From Nitrospirota bacterium (lineage in GTDB: Bacteria; Nitrospirota; UBA9217), in assembly GCA_963751455.1 (NCBI GenBank), contig CAVVUN010000006.1, forward strand, positions 96,001 to 160,000: 64,000 nucleotides of DNA, read 5' to 3'. Numbering within the stretch: position 1 is the stretch's first letter; each line of letters starts with the position of its first letter. A model generated the notes under the pieces. That model worked only from the letters and a program-made list of their open reading frames with translations, did no database searches and was not told where the DNA came from. A program made the translations under genes and the position numbers. Positions 29,734 through 40,268 of the stretch are shown in pieces.

Positions 29734-30521
29734 CTCACCTCCCTGGTCAGGCCGATATAGTAGTTCTGCGGCTCGGTGCCGTACTCCTCCTTCAGGATCG
29801 TGGCCCGGCCGTCCATGATGATGCGGGTCACTGGATCATCGGGGTCCTCGATGTCGGCGATATGCCGCGCGCCGAAGGGGCAGGCCACCTCGCATGCCGG
29901 CTTCAGGCCCCGGGTAATGCGGTGATAGCAGAAGTTGCACTTCTCGGCCGTGTTGTTAACGGGATGGAAAAACCGGACGCCGTAAGGGCAGCCCATGATG
30001 CAGTAGCCGCATCCGATGCACCACTTCCTGTCTACGAGCACCACCCCGTCCCTGGTCGCGTACGTGGCTCCCACCGGGCAGACCTGCACGCAGGGCGGGT
30101 TGTCGCACTGATTGCAGAGTTTGGGAACGAAGAATGCCTTATCGATGTCCTTTGGGTCGATGAGCTCCCTCTCGCCGCGGCCCAGATCGATGGCGTTATT
30201 CAGGTAGCCGTCCCGGGCGCCCCTGGGTGAATCGGCGTGCACTCTCCCATCCCTCGTGACCACATATCGCTCGACCCAGGTCCGCGTAACATTGGCGTCA
30301 TACGGTGTCTCGTTTTCGAGCTTGCATGCTTTAACACAAAGCCCGCATCCCACGCACTTGTAGGTATCCACCAGGAACACCCACCGCGGGCCTTCCTTCG
30401 GCTTGATGGGCGTGGCCACATTGAATGCGGTATCCTGCCCTTTCAGAGCGAGCGGCATCGCCGCACCTGCGGCGCCCATGACGACATACCTCATAAAATC
30501 TCTTCGCGTTATCATTTCCAC
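29730..30521 (-). CDS. NrfC/PsrB-like Tat-exported 4x[4Fe-4S] ferredoxin
   Basis: TRRDFM Tat motif; CVGCGLCVKAC, CNQCDNPPCVQVCP, CIGCGYCIMGCP, CNFC...C...CP. Confidence 0.92.
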   Translation of the reverse strand: MEMITRRDFMRYVVMGAAGAAMPLALKGQDTAFNVATPIKPKEGPRWVFLVDTYKCVGCGLCVKACKLENETPYDANVTRTWVERYVVTRDGRVHADSPRGARDGYLNNAIDLGRGERELIDPKDIDKAFFVPKLCNQCDNPPCVQVCPVGATYATRDGVVLVDRKWCIGCGYCIMGCPYGVRFFHPVNNTAEKCNFCYHRITRGLKPACEVACPFGARHIADIEDPDDPVTRIIMDGRATILKEEYGTEPQNYYIGLTREVR

Positions 30522-30704
30522 CTCCGCTTCTCCCTAACGAAACCAGGAGGCAACGGTAACGATGCCCGTTTCGTCTTACGGTTACGTCGTTCGTGTTTGT
30601 GTTCTTACCGTTGCCGAAAGACGATTGACGATACGGGCTTCGTTACCGACAGACGTGTTCCGAGCTTTTCCGATACCAGCTTGTATCCATAGAACGTGAC
30701 CTGA

Positions 30705-31169
30705 CTATAGTCCCGGGCTGTGCGGATTATGACAGCTCGCACATTCCGTGCCCGGGTTGTGCTTCTCCGGGTCTTCGAAGCCTCTGATGAAACGCCTTTC
30801 GCTTGTCGGATATGGCAGATAGGCATGGCATCGGAGGCACCACGCCCTGCTCCGGTCTGCACCAAGCTTCGGAGGATTGTCCGGATGGTCCACAGCCGGG
30901 CCGTGGCAGTTTTCACACTCGATGTTCTTATGCGGGGATTTTCTGAGGCTCTCGTAGTTCTTGTCGTGGCAGTCTTTGCAGTACTCCGCCCCGCGGTACT
31001 TGACTTTGAAATCTTTCCAGAACTGTTCGTCGCCCTTCCGATACCAGCCATACATGTATCCCCGCTCATGCACGCCGAAATCCTCCGGCACAAACAGTGC
31101 CCTCACCGCAAGGATCAGCAGCACGATGCCGATGACTACAAGCAGAGGCCTGTACACATGATTTTTCAT
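30705..31169 (-). CDS. Membrane-anchored tetraheme cytochrome c
   Basis: CKDCH, CENCH, CLRCH, CASCH; N-terminal TM. Confidence 0.92.
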   Translation of the reverse strand: MKNHVYRPLLVVIGIVLLILAVRALFVPEDFGVHERGYMYGWYRKGDEQFWKDFKVKYRGAEYCKDCHDKNYESLRKSPHKNIECENCHGPAVDHPDNPPKLGADRSRAWCLRCHAYLPYPTSERRFIRGFEDPEKHNPGTECASCHNPHSPGL

Positions 31170-31604
31170 TTCATATTTCTCTGTCTCTGTACCGGCGTAT
31201 TGTCAAAACTTTTGCCACAGTGGACTCCGAGAACACGGAGAAATTCCTAATGCCTCTCAACGCCCCTCCCCCATGAAATCTTTTTCGGCTATATTCAGTT
31301 GCTGCTGCGTAATGTCGACAGGCACCGAAATGCTTACAAGACCAGCGTGCAGCTTGGTCCTTGGTTCTACGAAAAACCCCGCCTGAAAGAGGATCTACAA
31401 ATGTAAATTTTGGCTAATAATAGCGCGATGATCTCGGATGTCAAAAAGTCGCGATTTTATTGTTTTTCACCGTCATCTTATCGAACGGAAGATGCATGCC
31501 GCAGAGAACGCGCTGGATATTCAACCAATCACTTACCGTTGGTTGTAAATCCGGATGAGATATATTTACTAAAAAACCGAATTCTTCTCAAAAAAAAGAA
31601 AATT

Positions 31605-31705
31605 TACCGCGAAACCGCTAAGGGACGCAAAGGAGATCTTTAGCTCTCCCTTGCGACCTTCGCGCCTTGGCGGTTCCAAGATTTGATCCGGCTTGTCCGG
31701 GTTAG
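31605..31705. repeat. 9-nt-periodic palindromic repeat (ACCGCGAAA type) with TIR remnant
   Basis: ACCGCGAAACCGCTAAGGGACGCAAAG ... CTTGCGACCTTCGCGCCTTGGCGGT, then TCCGGCTTGTCCGGGTT. Confidence 0.55.
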
Positions 31706-31760
31706 GGGGAAACCTGTTTCAGTTGAACATCAAGGAGGCGTTTTGAATCACGAATATCCG

Positions 31761-32276
31761 ATGCGCTCCGACTTGAAGGTCGGCGCCAAGTTCCCGGATT
31801 TCGATTTACCGGACCACACGGGCAGTGTCAAGAAGCTTTCCCAGCTGCTTCGGAACATGCCGGGCGTGCTCGTATTCAACCGCGGCTATTTCTGACCCAA
31901 GGACCGTCGCCAGTTGGCGAACTACGTCGAGCACCTGCAGCCCGAATTCCGGGTCAATTACTGCCATATCATTTCGGTTTCGGTTGATGATCAGATGAAC
32001 ACGAACGAAACCCGTGACACCCTGGCCGCTGATTGGCCTTTTTTGATGGATGTCGATTGCAGGCTGCTGCATGAGCTCGAAATGACGGATTCGACGGACA
32101 AGGTACACGGCGAGATATACATACCCTATACGTTCATCCTGGATCACGATCTCACGATTTACAAAATATATAACGGCTGGTGGTACGTGGGCCGCCCTAC
32201 TGCCGAAGAGATACGCATGGACCTGCGGGCGTTAATGAGCAGGCGGCATGACTGGGTCTATGGCAGCTCGAAGTAA
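31761..32276 (+). CDS. Selenocysteine-containing AhpC/TSA (peroxiredoxin-like) redoxin, UxxD motif
   Basis: ORFs 31683-31895 and 31914-32276 join in frame over TGA 31893-31895: FNRGYF-U-PKDRRQL; hairpin UCGCC-AGUU-GGCGA 11 nt downstream. Confidence 0.88.
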
Positions 32277-32427
32277 TAGAGAAAAAGCGCCCATGGACCG
32301 CCCTTCCTCCTGCGGGTTTACCTTCAAATTGAAGCAGGTAATACATTGAGCCCACTTGACCGGCTTCTGATACGCGCTAAATTGATCATAAGGGCGGGGT
32401 AGACGTCCCCAATATAGGAGGTAGCTA

Positions 32428-32898
32428 ATGAAAATCAATTCAGGAGTTCTAGGCGTAATTTCGTCACTGGTACTTTTTGTTGCCTTTGCCTACGCGCAAC
32501 AGGGCGGCGGACAGCAAGGCAGCATGCCGGATCAGAGAAGCCGGAGCGGGGCTCAGCAGCAGATGAACCAGCACGCGGCCTTGTCGCAGGATCCTCAAAC
32601 AGTCAGGCAGGTCCAGCAGGCATTGAGCGCTCAAGGTTTCGATCCCGGTCCTGCGGATGGAAAATGGAAAACGAAAACGGAAAGCGCGCTGATGCTGTTC
32701 CAGGAGGCACAGGGCATGCAAGCGACCGGGCAGCTCGATCAGCAAACCCTGGCATCACTCGGAGTCTCAGGAGCAGCGGCCGGAGGTCAACAAGGGGACA
32801 TGACGGACCAGCAGGGAGCCATGCCGGATCAGAGCGGTGCAGGCGGTCGGCAGGGCGGCATGCAGAATCAGCAAAACCAGCAGGGAGGCAAATACTGA
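32428..32898 (+). CDS. Secreted peptidoglycan-binding-domain protein, copy 2
   Basis: Near-identical paralog of 23875-24288 including about 110 bp of upstream DNA. Confidence 0.85.
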   Translation: MKINSGVLGVISSLVLFVAFAYAQQGGGQQGSMPDQRSRSGAQQQMNQHAALSQDPQTVRQVQQALSAQGFDPGPADGKWKTKTESALMLFQEAQGMQATGQLDQQTLASLGVSGAAAGGQQGDMTDQQGAMPDQSGAGGRQGGMQNQQNQQGGKY

Positions 32899-32928
32899 TC
32901 CTCCCGCATCTTGTAGAGATTCAAAATC

Positions 32929-33016
32929 GATGCATTCGTAAAAGTCCGGTCTCACACAAAGCCACAAAGACACAAAGAACCTCCGTGTGAAATTTTGACT
33001 TATTAGGGGTTCATCA
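32929..33016. mobile_element. Short MITE (TIR like GATGxxTTCGTAAAAGTC) carrying ACACAAAG periodic repeats
   Basis: GATGCATTCGTAAAAGTC ... GACTTATTAGGGGTTCATC, AAAAT on both flanks; related to 44388-44588. Confidence 0.55.
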
Positions 33017-33030
33017 AAATGGAGTTCTGT

Positions 33031-33136
33031 TTACCCCGTTAGAGAACAAGTTAGCTAATGAAGATAATAGTACCACAAGGTGTAAAGCAAAAGATCGACC
33101 GCTGACAGGAGTCTTCGGTTTTCTCTAACGGGGTAA
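33031..33136. mobile_element. MITE with perfect 16-bp TIR
   Basis: TTACCCCGTTAGAGAA ... TTCTCTAACGGGGTAA. Confidence 0.75.
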
Positions 33137-33203
33137 AAACCCACTCGTGTTCAGAGAGGGTTTCTTTTGCGGCAAGATTAATAATACTGGCGTATAGCGC
33201 CGC

Positions 33204-34090
33204 TCACGCTGCTGCTCTCTGCTCAGCCTCCCTGCTTCTTTCCGAGAATATCCTCAGCGCCTCATCAAAAGGCATTCCCGGGAATTCCATATTCTTCGAG
33301 CGCGGCGGTCCCGAGACCGAGTCGCTCTGCCCGGGCGATATGCTCCACATAATCGATGCCAAGCAGTTTCGCGCCTATTGCATCAGCGGCAACGAAATCC
33401 CTGCTCGCAATTACCAGCTCCGATTCGAAGGTGATGCCGCCGATCGGTCCTGTTACGATCATGGCCGGATGCCCAACGATAATGCCGAGCTGAATGGGGA
33501 ACCTTTTGCACATTCCGGCGATGAATGCATGCAGGTCCTTGAATATTTCATGATGGTGCAGCCTCCTGTTTCTCGGGTGGCCGTAGTAATCAGCAGCGGG
33601 AAACGACATTGCGATGTTCTTCATGGTGAGGGTCACCGCTGCTCCGCTATGGACCTTGTGCTGTGCCAGCGAGACGAGCGTCTCATACTCCAGCACAAGT
33701 GGATTCACCATGACCTCCTCCTGTGGACTGTATCCGAGGCTGACGGAGGCGAACGGCGGCCTGTTGTGGTCGAAGAACTTCACGCCTTCTTCCGCGATGA
33801 CCCTGTCTATGCCCAGCAGTCTGAATATGTTGTCGGTCTCGCCGGCGCCGGCCCCCGCCCGTGATTGTGATGGCTCCCGGGTTGTACATCTTCACGAAGC
33901 GAATTACCGCCCGTACCGTGTCGGCCTGCGTACAGGCCGTAAGATCATGGCTCGATGCCCAAATATCGTTCGGCTTGATGGCAACATGGCGGCCTTCAAA
34001 TAATGCGGGAAGATCTTCTATCAGGCTCAGCGACTGTTTAATTGCGTTTTCAATATCCCTGTTACGCGCAATTGCCACTGCGCTTTTCAT
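33204..34090 (-). pseudogene. DUF362-family protein, frameshifted (possibly sequencing error)
   Basis: VAIKPN, KVHSGAAVTLTMKN, IASRDFVAADA; extra base in C5 run 33852-33856, second shift near 33285. Confidence 0.8.
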
Positions 34091-34200
34091 ATCCCCCTCC
34101 CCAGGCGGTGCCCTGATGAAGTGGAGCCACAACCAAAGATAAAACAATTTTTCGCTTTTGATTTTTTTTGATGCAGAACCCGGCGCGCCGGGCTCATGGT

Positions 34201-35211
34201 TCAAGCGGCCTTTGCAAGCCTTTCGACACCCAAAACCTGCCGCAGCATGCTGTTCGCCAGACCTATCGCACTGCAAACAGCCGGCGTCATCGCGAGCGCG
34301 TTGAGCATTACAAAATCGTGGATCGTTCCCATATAGCGCACCGCGGTTACATCGACACCGGCCTGCATAAGTTTATGAGCGTAGGCTTCGCCTTCATCGC
34401 GGAGCACGTCGTTCTCGTCGACAATGATGAGTGCATCCGGCAGGTCCTTCAACTGGTCGATTGAAGCCTGGAGCGGTGAGGCAAACGGCTCTTTCCGCGA
34501 AGCAACGTCCGGCGCATAAGCATCCCAGAACCACTCCATTGCAGGCTTTGTCAGCCACGGGCCGTCCGCAAACTGTTGGTACGAGGGAGTATCCATGCCC
34601 GCGTCCGTTACCGGATAAAAGAGCACCTGGTAATCGATCTTCGGGCCGCCCCGCTCTTTCGCCAATAGCGTGACCACTGTTGCCATGTTTCCGCCGACGC
34701 TGTCACCCACGACAGCCAGATGGGACGTGTCAAAGTTAAACCGGTCGCCGTTCTCAACAATATACTTCGTCGCCAAGTATGCCTGTTCTATGGCAGTCGG
34801 AAACTTGACCTCCGGTGACGGGTCATAGTTCACGAACACCACAGCCGCATTTGCACCATTGGCAATTTCCCGAATGAGCCGGTCGTGGGTATTCTTGTTG
34901 CCCAGGATCCAGCCGCCGCCGTGAAAGTACATCACAACCGGCAGTTTGCCGGAGCCGGTTGCCGGACGAATGATCCGGATCGAGATGTCGCCAATCGGTC
35001 CTCCCGGAATCGTGGTGTCCTCAATCCGGGCCTGCATCTTGTCGACAGGTTCGGACTGCAGGCTGTCGAGCACATTCCGGGCCTCCGGAATCGGCAGTTT
35101 ATAGAGCGGCTCCCCGCCTTTCGCCGCAACTTCATCGATGAATTTTTGCGTATCGCGATCGAGCTGCGGGCTTAGAGGGGCGTTTTTTGTTGATGTTTGT
35201 GTCTTCTTCAT
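34201..35211 (-). CDS. Alpha/beta hydrolase (HSL-family esterase)
   Basis: HGGGW, GDSVGG, DVLRDEGEAY, HDF. Confidence 0.95.
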   Translation of the reverse strand: MKKTQTSTKNAPLSPQLDRDTQKFIDEVAAKGGEPLYKLPIPEARNVLDSLQSEPVDKMQARIEDTTIPGGPIGDISIRIIRPATGSGKLPVVMYFHGGGWILGNKNTHDRLIREIANGANAAVVFVNYDPSPEVKFPTAIEQAYLATKYIVENGDRFNFDTSHLAVVGDSVGGNMATVVTLLAKERGGPKIDYQVLFYPVTDAGMDTPSYQQFADGPWLTKPAMEWFWDAYAPDVASRKEPFASPLQASIDQLKDLPDALIIVDENDVLRDEGEAYAHKLMQAGVDVTAVRYMGTIHDFVMLNALAMTPAVCSAIGLANSMLRQVLGVERLAKAA

Positions 35212-35548
35212 AATAAACCTCCTTATTGCGCCTCGCACCATTGCTGATGCCGGGCGCCCAAACAAAACCATTCCATAGTTTAAGCAAAGCGCAACACCAG
35301 ATGAAAGTCAATTTAGTGAAAGTATTAAAACTCACAATCCGCACGATCTGCATGGGATACTATCCTCCGACAGTCAATCAGTCAGATAAATGCGAGGTCT
35401 CAAAAGCACACTTCTGACTCAACGTGCTCAAAATGTTCTTGTAGTTTCGCCACGGGGAGCTTCAATCATTTCTGGACAGTGCCTGGTACGGCGGTTTATA
35501 TTTAAAAGAGAGAGCTTGTTGAATAAGGCTCAATAATCAGGAGAAGGT

Positions 35549-36223
35549 ATGAGAACAAACTATACATATATGCGAGTGACGCTGATAGCGGCTGCACTCG
35601 TTCTTGCATCGTGTGCTTCGACCCGCGTCACCTCGGACTGGGCGGACGAGTCGTACCGGAAACAACCGAACAAGGTCGTTGTCATGGCTTTGATGGATCA
35701 AATCGCGGAGCGGCGGCTGATCGAAGACGAATTCGTGAGCGAGTTCAAGAGTTCAGGAGTCGAAGCGCTTGCGAGTTATGCTGTGCTTCCGGAAGCCAAA
35801 CCGGGAGACAGAGAGGCAATCGCGGCAAAAGTAAGAGAACTCGGTGCCGATGCTTTGCTCATGGCCAGGCTCGTGGACCGGAAAACAGAGCGGGATTACG
35901 TGCCCGGGGCACCATACATTCCGCCCGCCTCCTACTATGACTTGCACTCTTATTACGGTCGCTTTTACCCTCCGGGTTTTTATTCCGGCCCTTACGCAGG
36001 CTTCTATTCCGGCGCGTATCCGGGTGGATATTCTCCGGGATATGTCACGGAACGGGTGTACGGCATCGCGGAAGCAAACCTCTACGACGTGACAACGGGA
36101 AAACTTGTATGGTCAGCTGTCACCGAAACCGAGATGCGGGGCAATAACCGGAAGGAAATCAAGTCGTACGTGGACCAGGTCGTAAAGTCGCTCAGGAAGA
36201 AGAACCTGGTTCCGAGTGGTTAA
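35549..36223 (+). CDS. Hypothetical lipoprotein
   Basis: Lipobox LASC; EANLYD...KLVWSA. Confidence 0.8.
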   Translation: MRTNYTYMRVTLIAAALVLASCASTRVTSDWADESYRKQPNKVVVMALMDQIAERRLIEDEFVSEFKSSGVEALASYAVLPEAKPGDREAIAAKVRELGADALLMARLVDRKTERDYVPGAPYIPPASYYDLHSYYGRFYPPGFYSGPYAGFYSGAYPGGYSPGYVTERVYGIAEANLYDVTTGKLVWSAVTETEMRGNNRKEIKSYVDQVVKSLRKKNLVPSG

Positions 36224-36406
36224 TAGGGATCTGGATATGAACGGGCCAAACACTGTTAAGCTGCTGTCGAGTTATTATAGCTGTGAACCCGCGCCATAAT
36301 GCCTACTTTTATCGTTCATGGAATTTCGGCTGTAGCGGTGAGTTCGTTGGCGCCGAAACTTAAAGCCCGTACCGATTGTCGCCGTCCGTAGTTCGAATTT
36401 TCCTTA

Positions 36407-36545
36407 ATGAACCTCCCGCAGCAAGCTGCGGGGTATCTGTTCCAATTTTCGCCCCTCCCTTGATGGGAGGGGATCAAGGGGAGAGTGAAGTATCCGTCGC
36501 GCATCACCGTCACCCCCACCTAACCTCCCCCATCAAGGGGGAGGG
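36407..36545. repeat. REP-type palindromes
   Basis: CCTCCCGCAGCAAGCTGCGGGG hairpin and CCCCTCCCTTGATGGGAGGGG / CCTCCCCCATCAAGGGGGAGG pair. Confidence 0.7.
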
Positions 36546-36828
36546 ATCTAAAGGGTCAAGTTAAAAGTTAATCTGAACAGTAAAGACTTGCCCCGGCCCC
36601 ATGCTTCAACAACAGCCCATCGCCCCAGTCCGTTCTTTTACTTCCGTTGTTACTGTTCGCGATATCACCAGCATCAATCTTTTTTTCAATCTGAGTAACT
36701 AAGGTTTATATTTTCATGTCCGCTATTTGGACTGGCTTTCCGAAGACTTTTTCCTGATTGACAGCCGCTGCCTTCGGTTCTATCTTCTTGACATATGCAA
36801 GGATTTCTATACTAAGGAGGGTACACTT

Positions 36829-37119
36829 ATGGCGATGCAAATTCCGCAAATCCTGGACTGCGAAGTAACTCAATGCTCCTATAACATGAATAAGATGTGT
36901 CACGCAGTTGCCATTACCGTAGGTAACAGCAAACATGCCATGTGCGATACTTTTTATAAATCTTCACAAAAAGGCGGCGCCACGGAAATTACAGGCAGCG
37001 TGGGCGCATGCAAAGCAGATGATTGCAAATACAATAAGTCCCTTGAATGTTCGGCACCCGGCATTCGTGTGGCTAACCACTCAGACCATGCCGACTGTTC
37101 GACCTATTCCCCGCAATAA
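36829..37119 (+). CDS. DUF1540-family Cys-rich protein
   Basis: Two repeats of CxxxxCxYN...CxAxxIxV...CxT(F/Y). Confidence 0.88.
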   Translation: MAMQIPQILDCEVTQCSYNMNKMCHAVAITVGNSKHAMCDTFYKSSQKGGATEITGSVGACKADDCKYNKSLECSAPGIRVANHSDHADCSTYSPQ

Positions 37120-37327
37120 ACAGGCCGGCCTGCTTAAGGATCCGAAACTACACAGGCGAGGACCCCCGCTGATCTCTCAAAAACTTTGAAGCAGCTGGTA
37201 CCGACTTTTCGTGTCGGTACCTTTTTCTCTCATGCCCTGCTACGCCGTTCTAAACCAAAAGATTTAATCCCTTATAAATCTAAGACATCAATCTAAGACA
37301 TCATGGATCAAATGGAACAGGGAGACC

Positions 37328-37495
37328 GTAACTATTCAGCTTCTTTTCAGAACAGCATTAAGACAAATCTAAGAAAAAGCCCTTCTATCCGCAGATTTCG
37401 CAGATTGACGCAGATTCTAAAACCGGAATTCTGGTTTTATTTTTATCTGCGAAATCTGCGTAATCTGCGGATAAAAAAATGACCTGAGTAGTTAC
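37328..37495 (-). mobile_element. MITE family A copy 3 (inverted)
   Basis: GTAACTATTCAG...CTGAGTAGTTAC, reverse-complement match to 8785-8952. Confidence 0.8.
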
Positions 37496-37600
37496 CGGGG
37501 TCTTCAAACACAGGTGAAATCAACATTGCCGGCGTGTTTGCCGACGTGTTTACAGTAAAATCAAATCTTAATTCGTTACAGAACTGTCATCATCGAAGAT

Positions 37601-38092
37601 TCAGGAACCTTCCTGGTATCTTTTCCCGGGGATCCATCTTCGCACGTTTTGACGATAGCGCCGGTATGATTCGCCGAACTTTCTTTCCAGGCTCGGCTCT
37701 TCGTAAAAAACTACAAACAGATGATAGACGATAAAGATCACGACAGCGTATTTCAGCAATGCCAGCGACCTGAAGAACATTGCTTCTCCAAGCAGCAGGA
37801 AAAGGCCTCCGATATACATCGGATTTCTGACGTATCGGAACAAACCGCGAACCACCAATGTTTTCGGCGGATCGATCGGCGCGGGAGTGCCGCACCCGAC
37901 AGTCGCAAAGTCCCAGACGCAACGGAAATAAATCGCTATCCCGAGTAATGCCGGGACTAGAGCCAGATAGTGCCGGATTTCCCAATGGGACGGCAGCAGC
38001 ACTAAGTTTCTGTTCAAAATCCAGTAAGGAATCAGTACCATAACCGTGCCGGGCACGAGTATGGTAAATAGTATGTTTTTGACGATCAGCAT
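37601..38092 (-). CDS. Isoprenylcysteine/phospholipid methyltransferase-family membrane protein
   Basis: GTPAPIDPPKTLVVRGLFRYVRNPMY, YEEPSL...FGESYRRY...VRRW. Confidence 0.9.
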   Translation of the reverse strand: MLIVKNILFTILVPGTVMVLIPYWILNRNLVLLPSHWEIRHYLALVPALLGIAIYFRCVWDFATVGCGTPAPIDPPKTLVVRGLFRYVRNPMYIGGLFLLLGEAMFFRSLALLKYAVVIFIVYHLFVVFYEEPSLERKFGESYRRYRQNVRRWIPGKRYQEGS

Positions 38093-38131
38093 GGCATCTT
38101 CTGGATCATAGCCTTACGGATGCGGCGGTCT

Positions 38132-38312
38132 TCAGCACACGGGATATCTTCCTTCGCTCAATTCCCTGCACAATTGCTGAATGGCGGATAATTCCCGGTT
38201 GATGATCTCTTCTGCCGGTTGAACGATGTCCCGGATAACCCTCCCGTGCCGAGGTACGTTCTGTGCAGCAGCGATCCGGGGTTTGTCAATGGGCGTGTCG
38301 ATCCTGCTTACG
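38132..38312 (-). pseudogene. C-terminal remnant of an archaeal-type SAM synthetase
   Basis: Own translation SRIDTPIDKPRIAAAQ...EEIINRELSAI...LSEGRYPVC*. Confidence 0.5.
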
Positions 38313-38353
38313 AGAAAAATACTATTGACTTGCGCCGAAGGTGGTGAAATACC

Positions 38354-38674
38354 TCATCCGCTTTCACTTTTGAGTGGTGCGAACTGCGCGATATACTCCA
38401 TCACGACAACAACGGCGCGAGCGCGTTTGTTGATCACGCCGAGGATGTCGTCAAGCTTCGCGAAAGGCTCCGTAATCGAGAGGTCCATGAACTCCTCTTC
38501 CGCTTCCTCGACGGTCTTCAGGACACGAAGCCCTTCCGGGGTACCGAGCAGCGCATCCTTCCATGCATCCTTTGCAAGGAGCAGCGATCCCAGGAGCAAT
38601 TTCCTGATCTGCGTGGCCTTGATCTCCAGGAATCTGAACGGATCATCAGACAGCTCATTGTGAAAATCAGTCAT
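38354..38674 (-). CDS. Hypothetical protein
   Basis: GGAGG RBS, 106 aa ORF. Confidence 0.7.
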   Translation of the reverse strand: MTDFHNELSDDPFRFLEIKATQIRKLLLGSLLLAKDAWKDALLGTPEGLRVLKTVEEAEEEFMDLSITEPFAKLDDILGVINKRARAVVVVMEYIAQFAPLKSESG

Positions 38675-38863
38675 CTCGTAACCTCCCCGTCGGAACAGGC
38701 CTTCTTTCCTGTAACTTCACGATCCCGACAGCGCATTCTTTGGTGACAAAGCGACTGAAGTCGACGTTATCGAAGGGCGACCAGTCATAGAAACTTCAAG
38801 CTCCCTTCTCAGGCAAACAATAATGATCCAGATGAATCATTCGGACCTTTTCCATCACTCCGC

Positions 38864-39136
38864 TCAATCTTCGGCCGTCCCTTTAGTCTGGGCTTCTTTG
38901 AGCTCATCCGGCGTGAAGGCCTCCACTTCTACGATCTTGGTCTTGGCCCGAAGGAAATCGGGAATCAGGCTGATCCCCTCTTTTTTATCCTTCAAATCAA
39001 CAAGCGCGTACCCTGTGTGGTCCCCCTCTTTGCATCCGTAATAGAACTTATTGCCGATTTTCGGCCCCGTATTCATTTGAGCGTCCAGAGTTTTCGAACA
39101 TTCTCCCTTTTCATGATGTGTTTCGATCATATACAT
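38864..39136 (-). CDS. Hypothetical protein
   Basis: GGGAGG RBS; HxxxxC and YGCKEGDHTGY motifs. Confidence 0.7.
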   Translation of the reverse strand: MYMIETHHEKGECSKTLDAQMNTGPKIGNKFYYGCKEGDHTGYALVDLKDKKEGISLIPDFLRAKTKIVEVEAFTPDELKEAQTKGTAED

Positions 39137-39714
39137 TTACAGACCCTCCCTGCATTTCGTTTTGAACATAATAAAAGTAAACACCCGTGCCGGGGGAGTT
39201 GTCAATAGGGGCACTATCGCAGCAATGACGTACCCCAAGGGTCCTCGCGCCACAAGAGTATGGCCGCCTGACGCGAGCGGCAGAATAATCGTGAGGTCGA
39301 GCGACGCTACCAGCCTGAATGCCCCAAGCTCTATTGGTGTCGGCCTGCCACACATCTCACGGGACGCACACATCTCAGGGAACGTAGTTGTTATTTGATA
39401 CATTAAAATACAGGAAGAATCTGGCATTTTTCGTGCCGCGCCAACCACGGCATTTGGCTCATGTTTATGTTTTCCTCTCCAAAGCACGTGCATTCGATTG
39501 ACATCCTGCAATATGGTTATTATATTAATTATCATGTATGCTTTATCGAGCATACTTCTATATGCGCAGAATATAGCGAACCGGTCTTCCCCACGGCTCA
39601 GGATCCAGATCCTTACAGTATGAACACAATCGTATTCGCTCGTTGATTGACTCCAGCAGCAGGCCCGTTTTTGCCTGGCAACTGAGAACAACAACTATGA
39701 CAGGAGGCGGCACT

Positions 39715-40074
39715 ATGAACCGGAGAGAATTCATTATACAAATGGGCACGGCTTTGATTGCGGTACCGATAGCACTATCTCTTGAATCATGCGGCAACGA
39801 TAATGGAGGAGACGTTGCTCTCCCGGCCACAGGCTTTGATGTAATTTCGACAACGGAAGTCGGCCACAATCACAGCGTGCGGATATTGAACTCGGACCTC
39901 GCCAGTCCGCTTGCGGGCGGCGTCGTATACACAAGCAGTCTCTCATTGGGACATTCGCACACCATTACCCTGACACAACAACAGCTCATGGACATTAATA
40001 ACGGCATAATCGTAACGGTGATTTCGTCACTGAACGACGGACATACCCATGGCTGGACAATTCAAAAGCCCTGA
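39715..40074 (+). CDS. Tat-type lipoprotein with three GHxH motifs
   Basis: MNRREF, LESC, GHNH/GHSH/GHTH. Confidence 0.8.
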   Translation: MNRREFIIQMGTALIAVPIALSLESCGNDNGGDVALPATGFDVISTTEVGHNHSVRILNSDLASPLAGGVVYTSSLSLGHSHTITLTQQQLMDINNGIIVTVISSLNDGHTHGWTIQKP

Positions 40075-40268
40075 GAGCGAAGAAGATCCGGGAAATGGCG
40101 GCATTCCCCGGGAGCTTCCTCAAACGTGACGATCTTTTAGTCTGATCATGACTTTCCATTTTTTTCGACCATGGACATCCTGGTGATGTTGTTAGTTGAT
40201 GCGTTAATAATACCAGAGCGAAGATGTAAAACTTATCAATAATGAAAGTTATAATGATAGCGACTCTG

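Noticed and set aside
35284-35299. Sigma54 promoter upstream of the esterase
   Set aside because: GG-to-GC spacing is one base too long
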